Counted from the first letter of the stretch, positions 28,296 through 41,133 are shown. The stretch is 64,000 bases of DNA from Octopus bimaculoides (GCF_001194135.2 NC_068995.1:10988743-11052742); one strand, 5' to 3'. The notes: generated by a model from the letters alone, not told the origin. Program-made: numbers and translations.

Positions 28296-28374
28296 GGTTC
28301 CGGCAGGGGATGGTGGCGAACCCTGCTGTACTCTTTCCCCACAACTTTCTCTCACTCTTACTTCCTGTTTCTGT

Positions 28375-28565
28375 TATACATGTATTTCAAAGGGCCAGCC
28401 TTGTCACACTCTGTGTCACGCTGAATATCCCCCAGAACTACTTTAAGGGTACACGTGTCTGTGGAGTGCTCAGCCACTTGCACGATAATTTCACGAGCAG
28501 GCTGTTCCGTTGATCGGATCGACTGGAACCCGCGACGTCGTAAGCGACGGAGTGCCAACAACAAA
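28375..28565 (+). mobile_element. Family D SINE 3' half with (CAA)n tail
   Basis: Matches the reverse complement of 2500-2650. Confidence 0.75.
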
Positions 28566-28739
28566 ATGAATAGTTATTGACTGACAAAACATGGCTTGTA
28601 CACAATTTATATACGATGACACGGATCTTTTCCTTTTCATGTGAAGAAAAAAAAGCTCACTTTTTATTTAATTTCTTTAGCGAAGAAAGAGAGGGAAACA
28701 AAATATTTAAGTCAGTCATTTATTGACTGTTCTTCCTCT

Positions 28740-29790
28740 ATCTCGTAGCAAAGTTGCCTTTGAGGGAGTTGGAGTTAGGATTTACGTCCAGGCGCGAAAT
28801 GATACTGAACTGTTTAATGCTGCACGGATTAAAGCCAAGAGACACACTACGAGGGCCCTAGTGCGAGAGATACTGTTCGCTGATGATAGTGCACTGGTTG
28901 CCCACACCGCTGAAAGTATACAGAAACTGGGCGATAATTTGCCAGAGGTACACAACAGTTCAGCTTAAAGATTAATATATAAAAAAAGAAGCCGAATGTC
29001 TTTATCAACCTGTGGAAAACCTATCTGCCCCCTGTAACAGAAGAAAACATCACTTATAAGACATAGAAGGCTAGCTCAGTGCAAAGCATTTAAATACCTA
29101 TACAACATCGTCTCGGATAATGTACGACTAGAAAACAGGAACTTACATACAGAATCAGCAGAGCTGTCGCTTCATTTGGCAGGATGTGGGGGAAATAAGA
29201 ATGTTCCTAATACGTACCAAATGTAAGGTATACCAGACTATAATCCCTTCTTCCCTTTTGTTGTGGAGTAAAAACCTAGACAGTCTATAAAGCTTAAGTA
29301 GATGAGTTACAGGCGGAGGTGATGAATACGCTGACCACCCGTTTTCGGCGTAACCCTAAACACCGGGTGTGCGTAGTGTTTACCTTCGCCCAGGTTACTT
29401 GTATATATGATGAAACAACTGAGACGAATTATGACCATCTTTTTCTTTCACAAAACCAAGACCGTGCTTGTTTGCTTCCTACGATGGAAATACTCATTGA
29501 TAGAAATTTACACAGGTTGGGTCACATACACAGGATAGACAACAACAAACTCCCCCAGGCAAATCTTTTACTCCCAACTATCCAGAGGAAACGAAACTAT
29601 GAAAGACTTGAGACTGCGATTGAAAGAAACTACAAAAAGGAATATGAAATGGAAAGGAATTGATCATAATCGATGAAAAACTCAAGCGAAAAACCGACCG
29701 GAATGGAGAAAGCTTATCAAGTCATCTCATAGCCATGAACAGTCGTGGTTGCGAGCACTGACTGCAGATAATTATATAATAATAATAATA
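28740..29790 (+). mobile_element. Decayed RTE-clade LINE (reverse transcriptase and C-terminal region)
   Basis: Frameshifted peptides LFNAARIKAK, REILFADDSALVAH, FKYL, RISRAVASFGRMW, TKCKVYQT and RLGHIHRIDNNKLP typical of RTE/BovB ORFs; (ATA)n tail. Confidence 0.9.
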
Positions 29791-30181
29791 TTGACTATAC
29801 ACGACATGTACTACATGAGAACTCCTTTCATAGTCTAGTCTCATTACATGTATATTCAGTAGTTTTAATGTCGATGACTAACGCAAAGATTTCAGCTGAC
29901 ACCACGAAGAAACTCTGTTACAGTCTTGTAGTTCTCCAGTGTTTTTTTCCAGTGATCCCCCGCCATCTGGATTCACAGAAACCCATTGCGGGAAATTTCT
30001 GTCAAAAAAATATTGATATCCTCTTCTGAAGGACGGCAGCTGATTGCTTGTGTCTAGAAGAGAAGACAAACCTATCACCATTTTATCGTGTCTGGGAAAC
30101 GAAAGAAAAAAAATGCTCTGTAAAATTAAGTGTGTTGAGAATTACGTGGATTTCTATTTCTGTTTTTTCTTCATTTTCTAA

Positions 30182-30440
30182 ATGAACATTTCTTTCCTGG
30201 GAGCGGAGGTCATTATTTTCTTGTCTGAGTCGAAACATTTTAATGGGAAAAAGCCGTTCAAGTTTGTCATCAACGCAAACCTTGGAATCAGGTAAGTGTT
30301 TAGAGGTTCTTATTTTGCTTTTAATTCATTTAATTTTTATGTCGTATAGAATATATATATATATATGTTTTTTTCAGAATGGCAAAAGTATTGAGGATGG
30401 GAGGAAACCAAACAAAAAGTCTCATTTTAATTGGGGAAAG
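30182..30440 (+). other. Candidate two-exon fragment (30182-30291, 30378-30440) with an 86-bp GT-AG intron
   Basis: CAG|GTAAGT at 30292, tttttttcAG at 30377, AAG|GTATGA at 30441; frame from ATG 30182 stays open across the junction; product unrecognised. Confidence 0.3.
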
Positions 30441-30723
30441 GTATGATGAGTGGCGCAGGTGGTTGAGAAAAAAAAAAAAAAAAAAAAAATTAGCGGGGAA
30501 TCTCGACAAAAACGAAATAATTCTCACTTATATGGGATAGCAGCTATATCGAAAGTCTGCTTTATATCCTTGTCTGCTAATCTGTTCGGAGACCCATTAT
30601 TAACTAACGTGTTTTACACACAAAATTTCCCTTCATTACAGCCTATTTAATAGACGAATATTTAAAAGCTCGTTTAAAGCAGGATATGACTGCATATATT
30701 TTTTTATTTACGAGGACCTTTAA

Positions 30724-31003
30724 GGTACTACTAAAGTAGAGTGGTCCCGAACGCGCAGTAACACGTCCGCACTAGCTAGTCGTGAGTGGTCGATCCTAAC
30801 CTAACCCTATCCCTAACCCTATCTCTAACCCTAACCTTAAACCTATCCCTAACCCTAACCCTAAACTCATGTATTCATTTGCACACGCGCACTTTTTGTA
30901 GGATCGACCACTCACGACTAGCTAGCGCGGACGCGTGACTGCGCGGGTGCGCGTTCGTGACTGCGCGGGTGCGCGTTCGTGACCACTCTGCTTTAGTAGT
31001 ACC
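30724..31003. mobile_element. MITE with ~75-bp TIRs and an internal (CCCTAA/CCCTAT)n tract
   Basis: ggtactactaaagtagagtggtc...gatccta (30724-30798) is mirrored by taggatc...ctttagtagtacc (30899-31003). Confidence 0.85.
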
Positions 31004-31074
31004 GACATTTAACAACCACCATGCATATCATATAAACATTTATTCGTATTTTTAGTATATACTCGGGTGCTTTA

Positions 31075-31384
31075 TGTCTTGGTGGTTAGGGGTAATCGGC
31101 TTGCGATCCGTAAGGTTGAGAGTTCTATTCCCGGCGACGCGTTGTGTTCTTCAGCAAGACACTTGCTCCAGTCCACTCAGCTGGCAAAAATTAGTTTTAC
31201 CTGAAATTCAAAGGTCCAACCTTGTCAGGTTCTGTGTGTCACGCTGGGATTCTTTCAGTTTCCATCTACAAAATCCACTAATAAAGCTATAGTAGAAAGC
31301 AGTTGCCCAAGGTGCCATGCAGTGGGTCTGAACCTGGTATCATGTGATTGGAAGCAAACATCTTACTACACAACCACTATTGCA

Positions 31385-31385
<1 letters not shown>
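31075..31385. mobile_element. Plus-strand SINE head and body (C/D-like) abutting a minus-strand family A 5' half
   Basis: gagttctattcccgg...cagcaagacac on plus; gcagtgggtctgaacctgg...cttactacacaacc on minus. Confidence 0.6.
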
Positions 31386-31429
<44 letters not shown>

Positions 31430-31803
31430 NNNNNNNNNNNNNNNNNNNNNNNNNNNNNNNNNNNNNNNNNNNNNNNNNNNNNNNNNNNNNNNNNNNNNNN
31501 NNNNNNNNNNNNNNNNNNNNNNNNNNNNNNNNNNNNNNNNNNNNNNNNNNNNNNNNNNNNNNNNNNNNNNNNNNNNNNNNNNNNNNNNNNNNNNNNNNNN
31601 NNNNNNNNNNNNNNNNNNNNNNNNNNNNNNNNNNNNNNNNNNNNNNNNNNNNNNNNNNNNNNNNNNNNNNNNNNNNNNNNNNNNNNNNNNNNNNNNNNNN
31701 NNNNNNNNNNNNNNNNNNNNNNNNNNNNNNNNNNNNNNNNNNNNNNNNNNNNNNNNNNNNNNNNNNNNNNNNNNNNNNNNNNNNNNNNNNNNNNNNNNNN
31801 NNN

Positions 31804-31855
<52 letters not shown>

Positions 31856-32106
31856 CTTAGCTAGCAGATTTAATTGCATGACGATGAGTGTACAAATCAA
31901 AGATTGTGTTGATGATATTGTTGGTTTTGTAAAGAATTCATTACAGTATTCCTATCATGATCATTTGTGACCGACAGAAAAGCAGGTGTGCAACAGGTAA
32001 TTGTTACCAACATTTCACATATGGTGTGTACGCATGTGTACATATTGCTGGTGGTGATAGAAATAGTGTCTGTATGCATATGTGTTCTATATGAGAGATA
32101 GTGTGT

Positions 32107-32335
32107 TATTTCTTTACTACCCACAAGGGGCTACACACAGAGGGGACAAACAAGGACAGACAAACGGATTAAGTTGATTATATCGACCCCAGTGCGTAAC
32201 TGGTACTTATTTAATCGACCCCGAAAGGATGAAAGGCAAAGTCGACCTCGGCGGAATTTGAACTTAGAACGTAGCGGCAGACGAAGTACCGCTAAGCATT
32301 TCGCCCGGTGTGCTAACGTTTCTGCCAGCTCGCCT
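32107..32335 (-). mobile_element. Young full-length family B SINE (long-tail variant)
   Basis: Nearly identical to ~39860-40090 and 45885-46112. Confidence 0.9.
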
Positions 32336-32439
32336 ATGAGAGATAGTGTGTTGTGTGTCTATGGATGTACAGGTATTCGTTATGTACAGGTATTTTGGGC
32401 TAAATTTTAGAATTTTTTTGTAAGTACCCCTTTTGTCAG

Positions 32440-33080
32440 CAACAGGTTGAAATACTGAACAGTGAGAAAAAATTAGCTGACATGGAGGACTGGAAGCCAT
32501 GAGAATATTGGAAAAGAGTTACCTGATGATTTGCATTGGGTATCAAAATGCCGATATTATGACTGCTGCTCAATGCTCTGTGAAGAATATAAGATATGAC
32601 ATGGATAGCTGCAATGGAGACTATGAAGCCATGGCCATCAGAGACATATATAGCATGCATCCTGACTGTGTCCGCAAGCCAGAATTCATCCAACAACTTC
32701 AGGTCAGGGGTCTTAGGCTCAATTCAGACAGATATGTGAAGCTGCTGGAAACTGGTCAAAACCTGGTTGGAGAGCATTACTGCTGGAAGGCCATGCGTGT
32801 GGCAGCAGGATTCAGTTTCTTGCCATACCTCCAGAAAGAGTCAGAAGTGGTTGTCTTTTAGAATTTCTATGACTCCACCAGACCCAATTTCTGGCCTCCT
32901 AATTTCCGGATTACTTACTATGTGTGGGACATGACTGAGAAAGATACCGACAACTCTGCCAGTAACATCAAGACCAAGCTGGAGGCCAAGACCTTGGAGA
33001 TGTTTGAAGACCTTCCCAATGAAGAACACATGCACCAGTTTCTGGAGCTGTCTTGAGGTCGTGGTGGAAGCTAAGATTGG
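32440..33080 (+). pseudogene. Decayed Tc1/mariner-superfamily (maT/DD37D-like) transposase
   Basis: Across frameshifts: GLRLNSDRYVKLLET, VKTWLESITAGRPCVWQQDSVSCHTSRKSQKWLS, NFYDSTRPNFWPPN..YYVW; matches the WQQD and WPPNSPDL-type motifs. Confidence 0.85.
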
Positions 33081-33884
33081 CCACTTGGAGTAAATTATCA
33101 TCTCTCAGCCATAATCTGGTTGATATTTTCTGATCAATGAATTTTGTTTGACTCAAGCAAGTATGGAAAAGTAGATATTAAAACTATGATNNNNNNNNNN
33201 NNNNNNNNNNNNNNNNNNNNNNNNNNNNNNNNNNNNNNNNNNNNNNNNNNNNNNNNNNNNNNNNNNNNNNNNNNNNNNNNNNNNNNNNNNNNNNNNNNNN
33301 NNNNNNNNNNNNNNNNNNNNNNNNNNNNNNNNNNNNNNNNNNNNNNNNNNNNNNNNNNNNNNNNNNNNNNNNNNNNNNNNNNNNNNNNNNNNNNNNNNNN
33401 NNNNNNNNNNNNNNNNNNNNNNNNNNNNNNNNNNNNNNNNNNNNNNNNNNNNNNNNNNNNNNNNNNNNNNNNNNNNNNNNNNNNNNNNNNNNNNNNNNNN
33501 NNNNNNNNNNNNNNNNNNATATATATATATGTATATAACTTGGTGAGGTGACTCAAATTAACTTGCCCTAAAAAAAAAACACTTCCTACAAATGAAATCT
33601 TTCACTGCTTAATTATACATAGTTAATTATTCTTGTAATTAATGTCCTTGATTATATCTATAATTAACTTGGTTATAATTATATTTCTACATTATAATAA
33701 TTGTAATTCTAATGTTTTAAATAAAATCACAATGTGCATATATAATGACAACATGAGTGATTAATTTTAAAAGAAGTAACTGGTGAGTATTCAAAGTAAA
33801 TTTAGATTACAAAGAAAAATTTAATTTACTTTAAATAATATAATAAAACTTTTAGTATAATAATAATAATAATTTTAATGTATG

Positions 33885-34565
33885 CTCAAGGTCACAGAAA
33901 TTAGGGAGAAGGGAACAGTTGATTATATACTTGGCCCCAGTATTTGTTTAATACTTATTTTATCGACACAGGGAAGTCAAAAGGCAACGTCTACCTCGGT
34001 GGTATTTGAACTCAGAATGTATATAAAAAAAAGAATAATAATATAGCTAGATACTGTAAGGAATTTTGTTCAGCACTCTGATACTATGGCTACTACTACG
34101 ACTACTATTATGACTACTACTATGACTACTATTACGACTACTACTACTACTACTACTGCTACATATAGTCATCATCCTTTTTAGACCTGAAATTTTGGAG
34201 GAAGAGAGTAGTCAATTGCATCAGTCCTAGTAATCAACTGGTATTTATTTTATTGACCCCGAAAGGATGAAGGATAAAGTCGACCTCAGCAAGAATTGAA
34301 CTCTGGATGTAAAGATGGACAAAATACTCCTAAGCATTTTGTCTGGCATGCTAACAATTCTGCCTGCTTGCTGCCTTGATAATAATCATAATAATAATAA
34401 TAATAATGGTTTTAAAATTTGGTACGAGGCCAGCAATTTCAGGGAGAGGGTAAGTCAATTACATCGGGCCCTGGCGTTCAACTGGTACTTACTTTATCAA
34501 CCTTGAAAGGATGAAAGTCAAAGCTGACTCCAGTGAGATTTGAACTCGGAACATAAGCTGGCAGT
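33885..34565 (-). mobile_element. Three tandem family B SINEs separated by (ACT)n and (AAT)n
   Basis: Family B motifs occur three times. Confidence 0.75.
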
Positions 34566-35574
34566 AATGCTTTGTGAGTGAAACTGGCATTTCATTTTCT
34601 AGACCCTTAGAGGGATAAAAAGTGGAATTCTTGTATAAGCACCCCATACAACCTCTCATAACTTGTTTATTTTTTGGAATTTTCAGAAATTTTTTTAGGA
34701 TTTGTGTTTTACTCTTGGTAATTCATACAATTTAAAAAAGAAAAAATTAAAAAATTTTTTCAGATTAAAAAAAAGAATAAAAAAAAATTTTTTTGAATTT
34801 TTTTCTTTAAAATCGGAGTTTAAAATATGGACAGTTCTAATTTCTTTGCTTAAATTCCAGCAATGGACCATTAAATGTGTTTACAGGGAAAAAGATATTG
34901 AAAAACATAAATATATGTGACAAACAAATGAGGAAGATATCAGATGGTCGTGAGACTTGCTTGTTTTTGCAGTGGGATTTGAACGCATAATGAAAAGAAT
35001 AGGGGAGAAAAACAAATAAAAACAGAAGCAGCAAAGCATTTTGTCTGAGACACTAACTATTCTATCAACCCACCATCCTATGGTTAAATATAAAAGTTAA
35101 CTAGAATTTTAGCCTAAAATAACTTCACAGCAAGACTATGCATGTTAGCATTTATATAACAGATTAAGCCATAAGCTGTATGGTGAAACACATAATTAAT
35201 CTCCATCAGTTATCATTAAAGCATTGCTATGGAATGTATATAACGTAACAGAATGTTTATAACTAAATCTGTTATACCAAGCCTAAGGAGATTCTAATGA
35301 GAATCAACACTATCATAGTCTTGTCTTTTGATGTGTGCTTTCATTAACAATCACGTTAGAGAGTAATGATAATAGAACATTCGTATAATAGAAGTCATAA
35401 TGGTGCTCTAATTACCTTGTAGTTTGTGATAGTCATTATAATTATTAGTTAGAGGTAAATCTGAAGATGATATAGTATATATTCGTAGTTTGTTTCTGTC
35501 TTTGTGGGTGTTGCTGTATAAGAGTCTATTCATACACATTAAAGAACTGTATTCATATGAAGATATCAAATTTT

Positions 35575-35812
35575 TTTTACTTGTTTTAGTCATTCGATTG
35601 TGGCCATGCTGGGGCCCACTGTATGTATATGGTGGTTGTCTACTCCTTACACAGAGTTTGACCACCAAGCATTGCCAGTGAATTTGATGTGGATGCCTTA
35701 CAGTAGAAGACACTTGACCAAATTGCTGTACAGTGGGGCTGAACCCAAAACCACGGGGCTGCAAAGTTACCAAAGTGAGCTTCTTAACCACGCAGTCATT
35801 CCTGTGCGTATT
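35575..35812 (-). mobile_element. Internally deleted family A SINE
   Basis: ttgttttagtcattcgattgtggccatgctgg and agaagacacttgaccaa...ttcttaaccac. Confidence 0.65.
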
Positions 35813-37702
35813 TGAGGAATATTTATTTTGGCTGTTGTTTCTAGCAGGTCGAATAGCCACATAGAGGTGCACGTCTTCATTGACTTATAACAGACTATGT
35901 AGATACTGTGTGTGAGAAAGCGTTGTCAGTTTGAGAGCGGTTGGTTTGAATACTGTCAATGGTCTCTGTCAAGCATTGATGCAAAATATAATGTGTAAAA
36001 ATATCGGAAGACGAACAAAAGATGGCACTGTTCTAAGAGGAAGAGAAAACAAATAGAATGAAACAAAACAAAGCAAAAAAAAAATACAAGTAAATCAAAG
36101 ACAAGTTAGCATGTGTATGAGCAGACGATGTTGCAGAAACTGGTAAAACGCCACAGACCCACAAATACATCCACAAATACAAGCACACATATACATACAT
36201 AAACACACACACACAGAGAAACTCACCCACACTCACAAACAGACCCACATACACACACACAGACCTCCCCCACACACAGGCCCACGCGCACACAGATGGG
36301 CCCACACACACACACATCCACTCACCCACACACACACACATCCACTCACCCACACACACAGACCCCCCACACCCCCACATACATGGACCCACATACACAC
36401 AAGGACCCACACACATGCATACAGATGCACACACACACACACACACTTCATAAACGCGCGCACACTTCATAAACATGTGCACACACTTCATAAAGACACA
36501 CTTCATAAACACACACACACATACTTCATAAACACACACACTTCATAAACACACGCACACACACATGGATGCACACATAACATACATACACTCATACAAT
36601 TAAACACACACACACATACACCAAAACACTAAAAAAAAAAAAAAAGCTAGGATTTAAAAATGTTCTTTTGTGTAAGAACAGACATTACATTCAGACTATA
36701 AAATTATTAGAAACGGAAACAGTCTTAGAATAGGAAACTTAGTTAACTTGTTAAATCAATAGAAAGAAAAAGAAAAAAAAAAAGGTTTTTTTTGTATGTT
36801 TTTTATTTTCTGTCCAACAAAAAGGTTTTGTTTGGACTTAGAAGAAATTTAGCCATACTTGAGGACAGAGATAGAAATAGAATATGATGCAATGATTCTA
36901 GCANNNNNNNNNNNNNNNNNNNNNNNNNNNNNNNNNNNNNNNNNNNNNNNNNNNNNNNNNNNNNNNNNNNNNNNNNNNNNNNNNNNNNNNNNNNNNNNNN
37001 NNNNNNNNNNNNNNNNNNNNNNNNNNNNNNNNNNNNNNNNNNNNNNNNNNNNNNNNNNNNNNNNNNNNNNNNNNNNNNNNNNNNNNNNNNNNNNNNNNNN
37101 NNNNNNNNNNNNNNNNNNNNNNNNNNNNNNNNNNNNNNNNNNNNNNNNNNNNNNNNNNNNNNNNNNNNNNNNNNNNNNNNNNNNNNNNNNNNNNNNNNNN
37201 NNNNNNNNNNNNNNNNNNNNNNNNNNNNNNNNNNNNNNNNNNNNNNNNNNNNNNNNNNNNNNNNNNNNNNNNNNNNNNNNNNNNNNNNNNNNNNNNNNNN
37301 NNNNNNNNNNNNNNNNNNNNNNNNNNNNNNNNNNNNNNNNNNNNNNNNNNNNNNNNNNNNNNNNNNNNNNNNNNNNNNNNNNNNNNNNNNNNNNNNNNNN
37401 NNNNNNNNNNNNNNNNNNNNNNNNNNNNNNNNNNNNNNNNNNNNNNNNNNNNNNNNNNNNNNNNNNNNNNNNNNNNNNNNNNNNNNNNNNNNNNNNNNNN
37501 NNNNNNNNNNNNNNNNNNNNNNNNNNNNNNNNNNNNNNNNNNNNNNNNNNNNNNNNNNNNNNNNNNNNNNNNNNNNNNNNNNNNNNNNNNNNNNNNNNNN
37601 NNNNNNNNNNNNNNNNNNNNNNNNNNNNNNNNNNNNNNNNNNNNNNNNNNNNNNNNNNNNNNNNNNNNNNNNNNNNNNNNNNNNNNNNNNNNNNNNNNNN
37701 NN

Positions 37703-37743
<41 letters not shown>

Positions 37744-37759
37744 AAATATGATGTTATAT

Positions 37760-37990
37760 GATTGTGTGTCTTTGTTCTTTATGTTTGTATCTCACTGCTG
37801 TTTGATAACCAACCCATGTTGTTTTGTTTACATTCTTGTAACTTCACAGCTTAGCAAAAGAGGCCAATAAAATAAGTACTAAACTTTATAAACAAAATAA
37901 ATTCTGGGGTCAAGTTGTTCGACTAAAACACCTCAAGGCAGTGCTCCAGCATGGCTGCAGTCCTATGACTGAAACAAGCAAAAAGTAAAA
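37760..37990 (+). mobile_element. Family A SINE 3' half
   Basis: gtgctccagcatggctgcagtcctatgactgaaacaag tail. Confidence 0.7.
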
Positions 37991-38848
37991 GACAAATGGA
38001 CAAAGACTAGCTGATCTCTTGGCTGGCGTGACTTTGATCATAAGAGGTCTGCTGGATCATGGCCGACCTAGGGTTAAACAACACCAGCAGCAGTGTATCC
38101 TAGTAGGATACTATCCATCCCCTGAAATTAAAATAACTCTTGCTAATAATAATACCTAATGTCTAATGAACAAAACATTCCTTCACTCTCTCATTTCTTT
38201 CTTTCATTTACCCTTCTTCCTTCTGGCTAATGCTTGCATAATTAATATACATTATTTGCTCCACGAATTCACAAATTATTGTTTTCATTTATTTATTTGA
38301 TATTTATTTATTTATTTATTGCGGAACAGATAAGTAAGTCTTGAAAATAAGTGAGCTCATTCATAACGAGACTTTTTACAGCTTATTAGAAAGAAGCCTT
38401 TTGTTGATTTTGATGTCCTTCAAATGTTTATTAAGTAGTCTCCTCTTCATTAATTGGTTTGTTTTATATGTAACAACTACTTTCCTTTTTTTTTTCTTTC
38501 TCTGTTTGTTTTTTCTTCTTTTCGAAGATCCTGTTCCAGTTACTTCATATAAAAACATGAATCAGGTGGGCGTAGTTGTGTGGCTAAGAAGTTTGTTTCG
38601 CAGTCATGAAGTTTCAGGTCCAATCCCATTGTGAGGCACAGGGGTCGAATAAGCGTATATTCGCACAGAATTTAAATGGCTTGATGCTCTTCCATTTGCC
38701 CTTCTGGATGCTAACCCCAACCCTTGCCTATGAAAGGAGAATCTGGGAGGTTTTTGTTGAAGGCTACCAGAATGCAATCCCTCACACTCAAGTATGGTGT
38801 TTTGTGAGGAAAGAACAAAGAAAGCACAACAGGATTTAGGAGTAGTTG

Positions 38849-39143
38849 TATGCTGTCAACTTAATGTGACATTCCCATGAAAAGGAACAATACTACTGTT
38901 GTTTAGACCTAAGCAGCTGCACCACTTCCTGTCGGCCTTGACACATTTACTGTGTCCTTATGCTTACAAGGGGGAGACAAGCACCTCCACCCAGCTAAGC
39001 TCTGCATCCAGGGACATGTTTCTGAGTCTTTGCTCGTCATCAGTCTGGAGTAGCATGACCTGCTAGTCGACTTAATGTCAATATGCTGTCAACTTAATGT
39101 GACAGTCCCATGAAGGGAACAATACTACTGTTGTTTAGACCTA
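38849..39143 (-). mobile_element. Candidate non-LTR retrozyme or Penelope pLTR unit: 233-bp period with 63-bp terminal redundancy and an internal hammerhead
   Basis: Direct repeats at 38849-38911 and 39082-39143; hammerhead at 39007-39049; several perfect short hairpins. Confidence 0.65.
39007..39049 (-). ncRNA. Minimal type I hammerhead ribozyme
   Basis: Minus strand reads TCCAGA-CTGATGA-CGAG-CAAAGA-CTCA-GAAAC-AT-GTC-CCTGGA: both core boxes, helix I TCCAG/CTGGA, helix II GAG/CTC, palindromic ACATGT helix III, GUC site. Confidence 0.8.
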
Positions 39144-39564
39144 GGAAGCATACAATTACTTCAACGTATCACTACTGCATAAATCTCTCTGAGATACATA
39201 CAAGCCAACCACAAACAAAGTTGCAGTTACTGCTAGAAATAGTAGCCAAAAATCACTCATCAAAAGGCTAAATATCCTCCACACTTTTAGGGAAACCTTG
39301 GAATAATGTGTCTAGTTCAAAAAAATGACTGGGTGATCTTAGCTAGAACATTTTTCATCATAGATCTACTAGGTCATGGTTGACCTAGGGCTAAACAATA
39401 GCAATAATCTGTTCAATGACCACCACCACCAATAACAATATTTCCATGGTGATTCTATCATCACTAACACAGCAAGTGTAGTGAAGTCTATGATTTGCTG
39501 ATGTGATGATAAGTCTGGAACATGTCTTGAGTTGTCTCTCTTAGTTATATAAAATAATCCTGTC

Positions 39565-40750
39565 TACTATTGGCAAAAGGCCTGAAATTTTGGGGGAGAG
39601 GGAGCCAGTTGACTACGTTGATCTCAGTACATGACTGGTACTTTATTTTATCAATTCCTAAAGGATGAAAGGCAAAGTCAACCTCAGTGGAATGTGAACC
39701 CAGAACATAATGATATACAAAATATCTCTAAGTTTTTTATTTGGCATACCAACGATTCTACCGGCTCACTGCCCTAATAATAATAAGGATAATCATAATA
39801 ACAATGGTTTCAAATTTTAGCACAAGGCCAGAAATTTTAGGGATGAGGTAAGTCAATTACTTCTTTATTGCCCACAAGGGGCTAAACATAGAGGGGACAA
39901 ATAAGGACAGACAAAGGGATTAAGTCAATTACACCGACCCCAGTGCGTAACTGGTACTTAATTTATCGACCCTGAAAGGATGAAAGGCAAAGTCGACCTC
40001 GGCGGAATTTGAACTAAGAACGTAACGGCAGACAAAATACCGCTAAGCATTCCGCCCGGCATGCTAACGTTTCTGCCAGCTCGGCGCCTCTTACATCGAC
40101 CACAGTGCTCCACTGGTACTTATTTTACCAACCTCAAAAGGATGAAAAACTGTTAACCTTGGCAGAATTAGATCTTAGTAACTAAAGATGGACAAAATGC
40201 TTAGCAGCATTTTTGTCTGGCATAATTACTAATTACTGTATTTAAGAAAGTGAGCTGACAGAATCGTTAGCATTCTGACCAAAAATTCTTATCAGCATTT
40301 CGTCGTTTGTCTTGACGTTCTGAATACAAATTCTGCCAAGGTTGACTTTGTTTTCCATCTTTTCGGGGTCAAATTTTAGCACAAGACCAGCAGGTCTGGA
40401 GAAGCGGGTAAGTCAAGTGCATCGACCCCAATGTTCAATTGGTACTTAATTCATCAAACCTGAAAGGATTAAAGGTAAAGTCAACCTTAGCAGCATTTGA
40501 ACTCACAACATAAGGATGGATGAAATACTGCTAAGCATTTTGCCTGGCGTGCTAACGATCCTTTTCTACTCCATGTACAAGGGGAGGGCCAGTTGATTAG
40601 ATCAACCCCAGTATGTAGCCGGTAATTAATTTATCAACCCCGAAAGAATGAAAAGCAAAGTCGACCTCGGTGGATTTTTGAACTTCTAATGTAGACAGAT
40701 GAAATACCGGTCAACATTTTGCTCAGCATGCTAACGATTCTGCCAGCTGA
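39565..40750 (-). mobile_element. Stack of about 7 family B SINEs (one inverted, ~40245-40390)
   Basis: Repeated family B motifs. Confidence 0.85.
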
Positions 40751-40844
40751 TATAATAATGAATAATTACTATTATCATACTTGTGTTTGTTTTGTTATTA
40801 AGACTGGGAAAATTCAACGTTTGTTCATAAAAATATTTTGGACA

Positions 40845-41051
40845 TCGCGCAGGAGTGACTATGTGGTAAGAAGCTTGTTTCCCAACCACATGGTTCCAGG
40901 TTCAGTCCTACTGCATGACACCTTGGGCAAGTGTCTTCTACTATAGCTTCAGGCTGACCAAAGCCTTGTGAGTGGATATGGTAAATAGAAACTGAAAGAA
41001 ACCCATCATACCTATCTATCTATCTATCTATATATATATACACACAAATAC

Positions 41052-41133
<82 letters not shown>

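Noticed and set aside
30795-30865. True telomere or chromosome-fusion scar
   Set aside because: Short, degenerate and enclosed by TIRs of a MITE.
32499-32861. 120-aa ORF as a host gene
   Set aside because: It crosses frames of a frameshifted maT-type transposase; the recognisable motifs lie partly in another frame.
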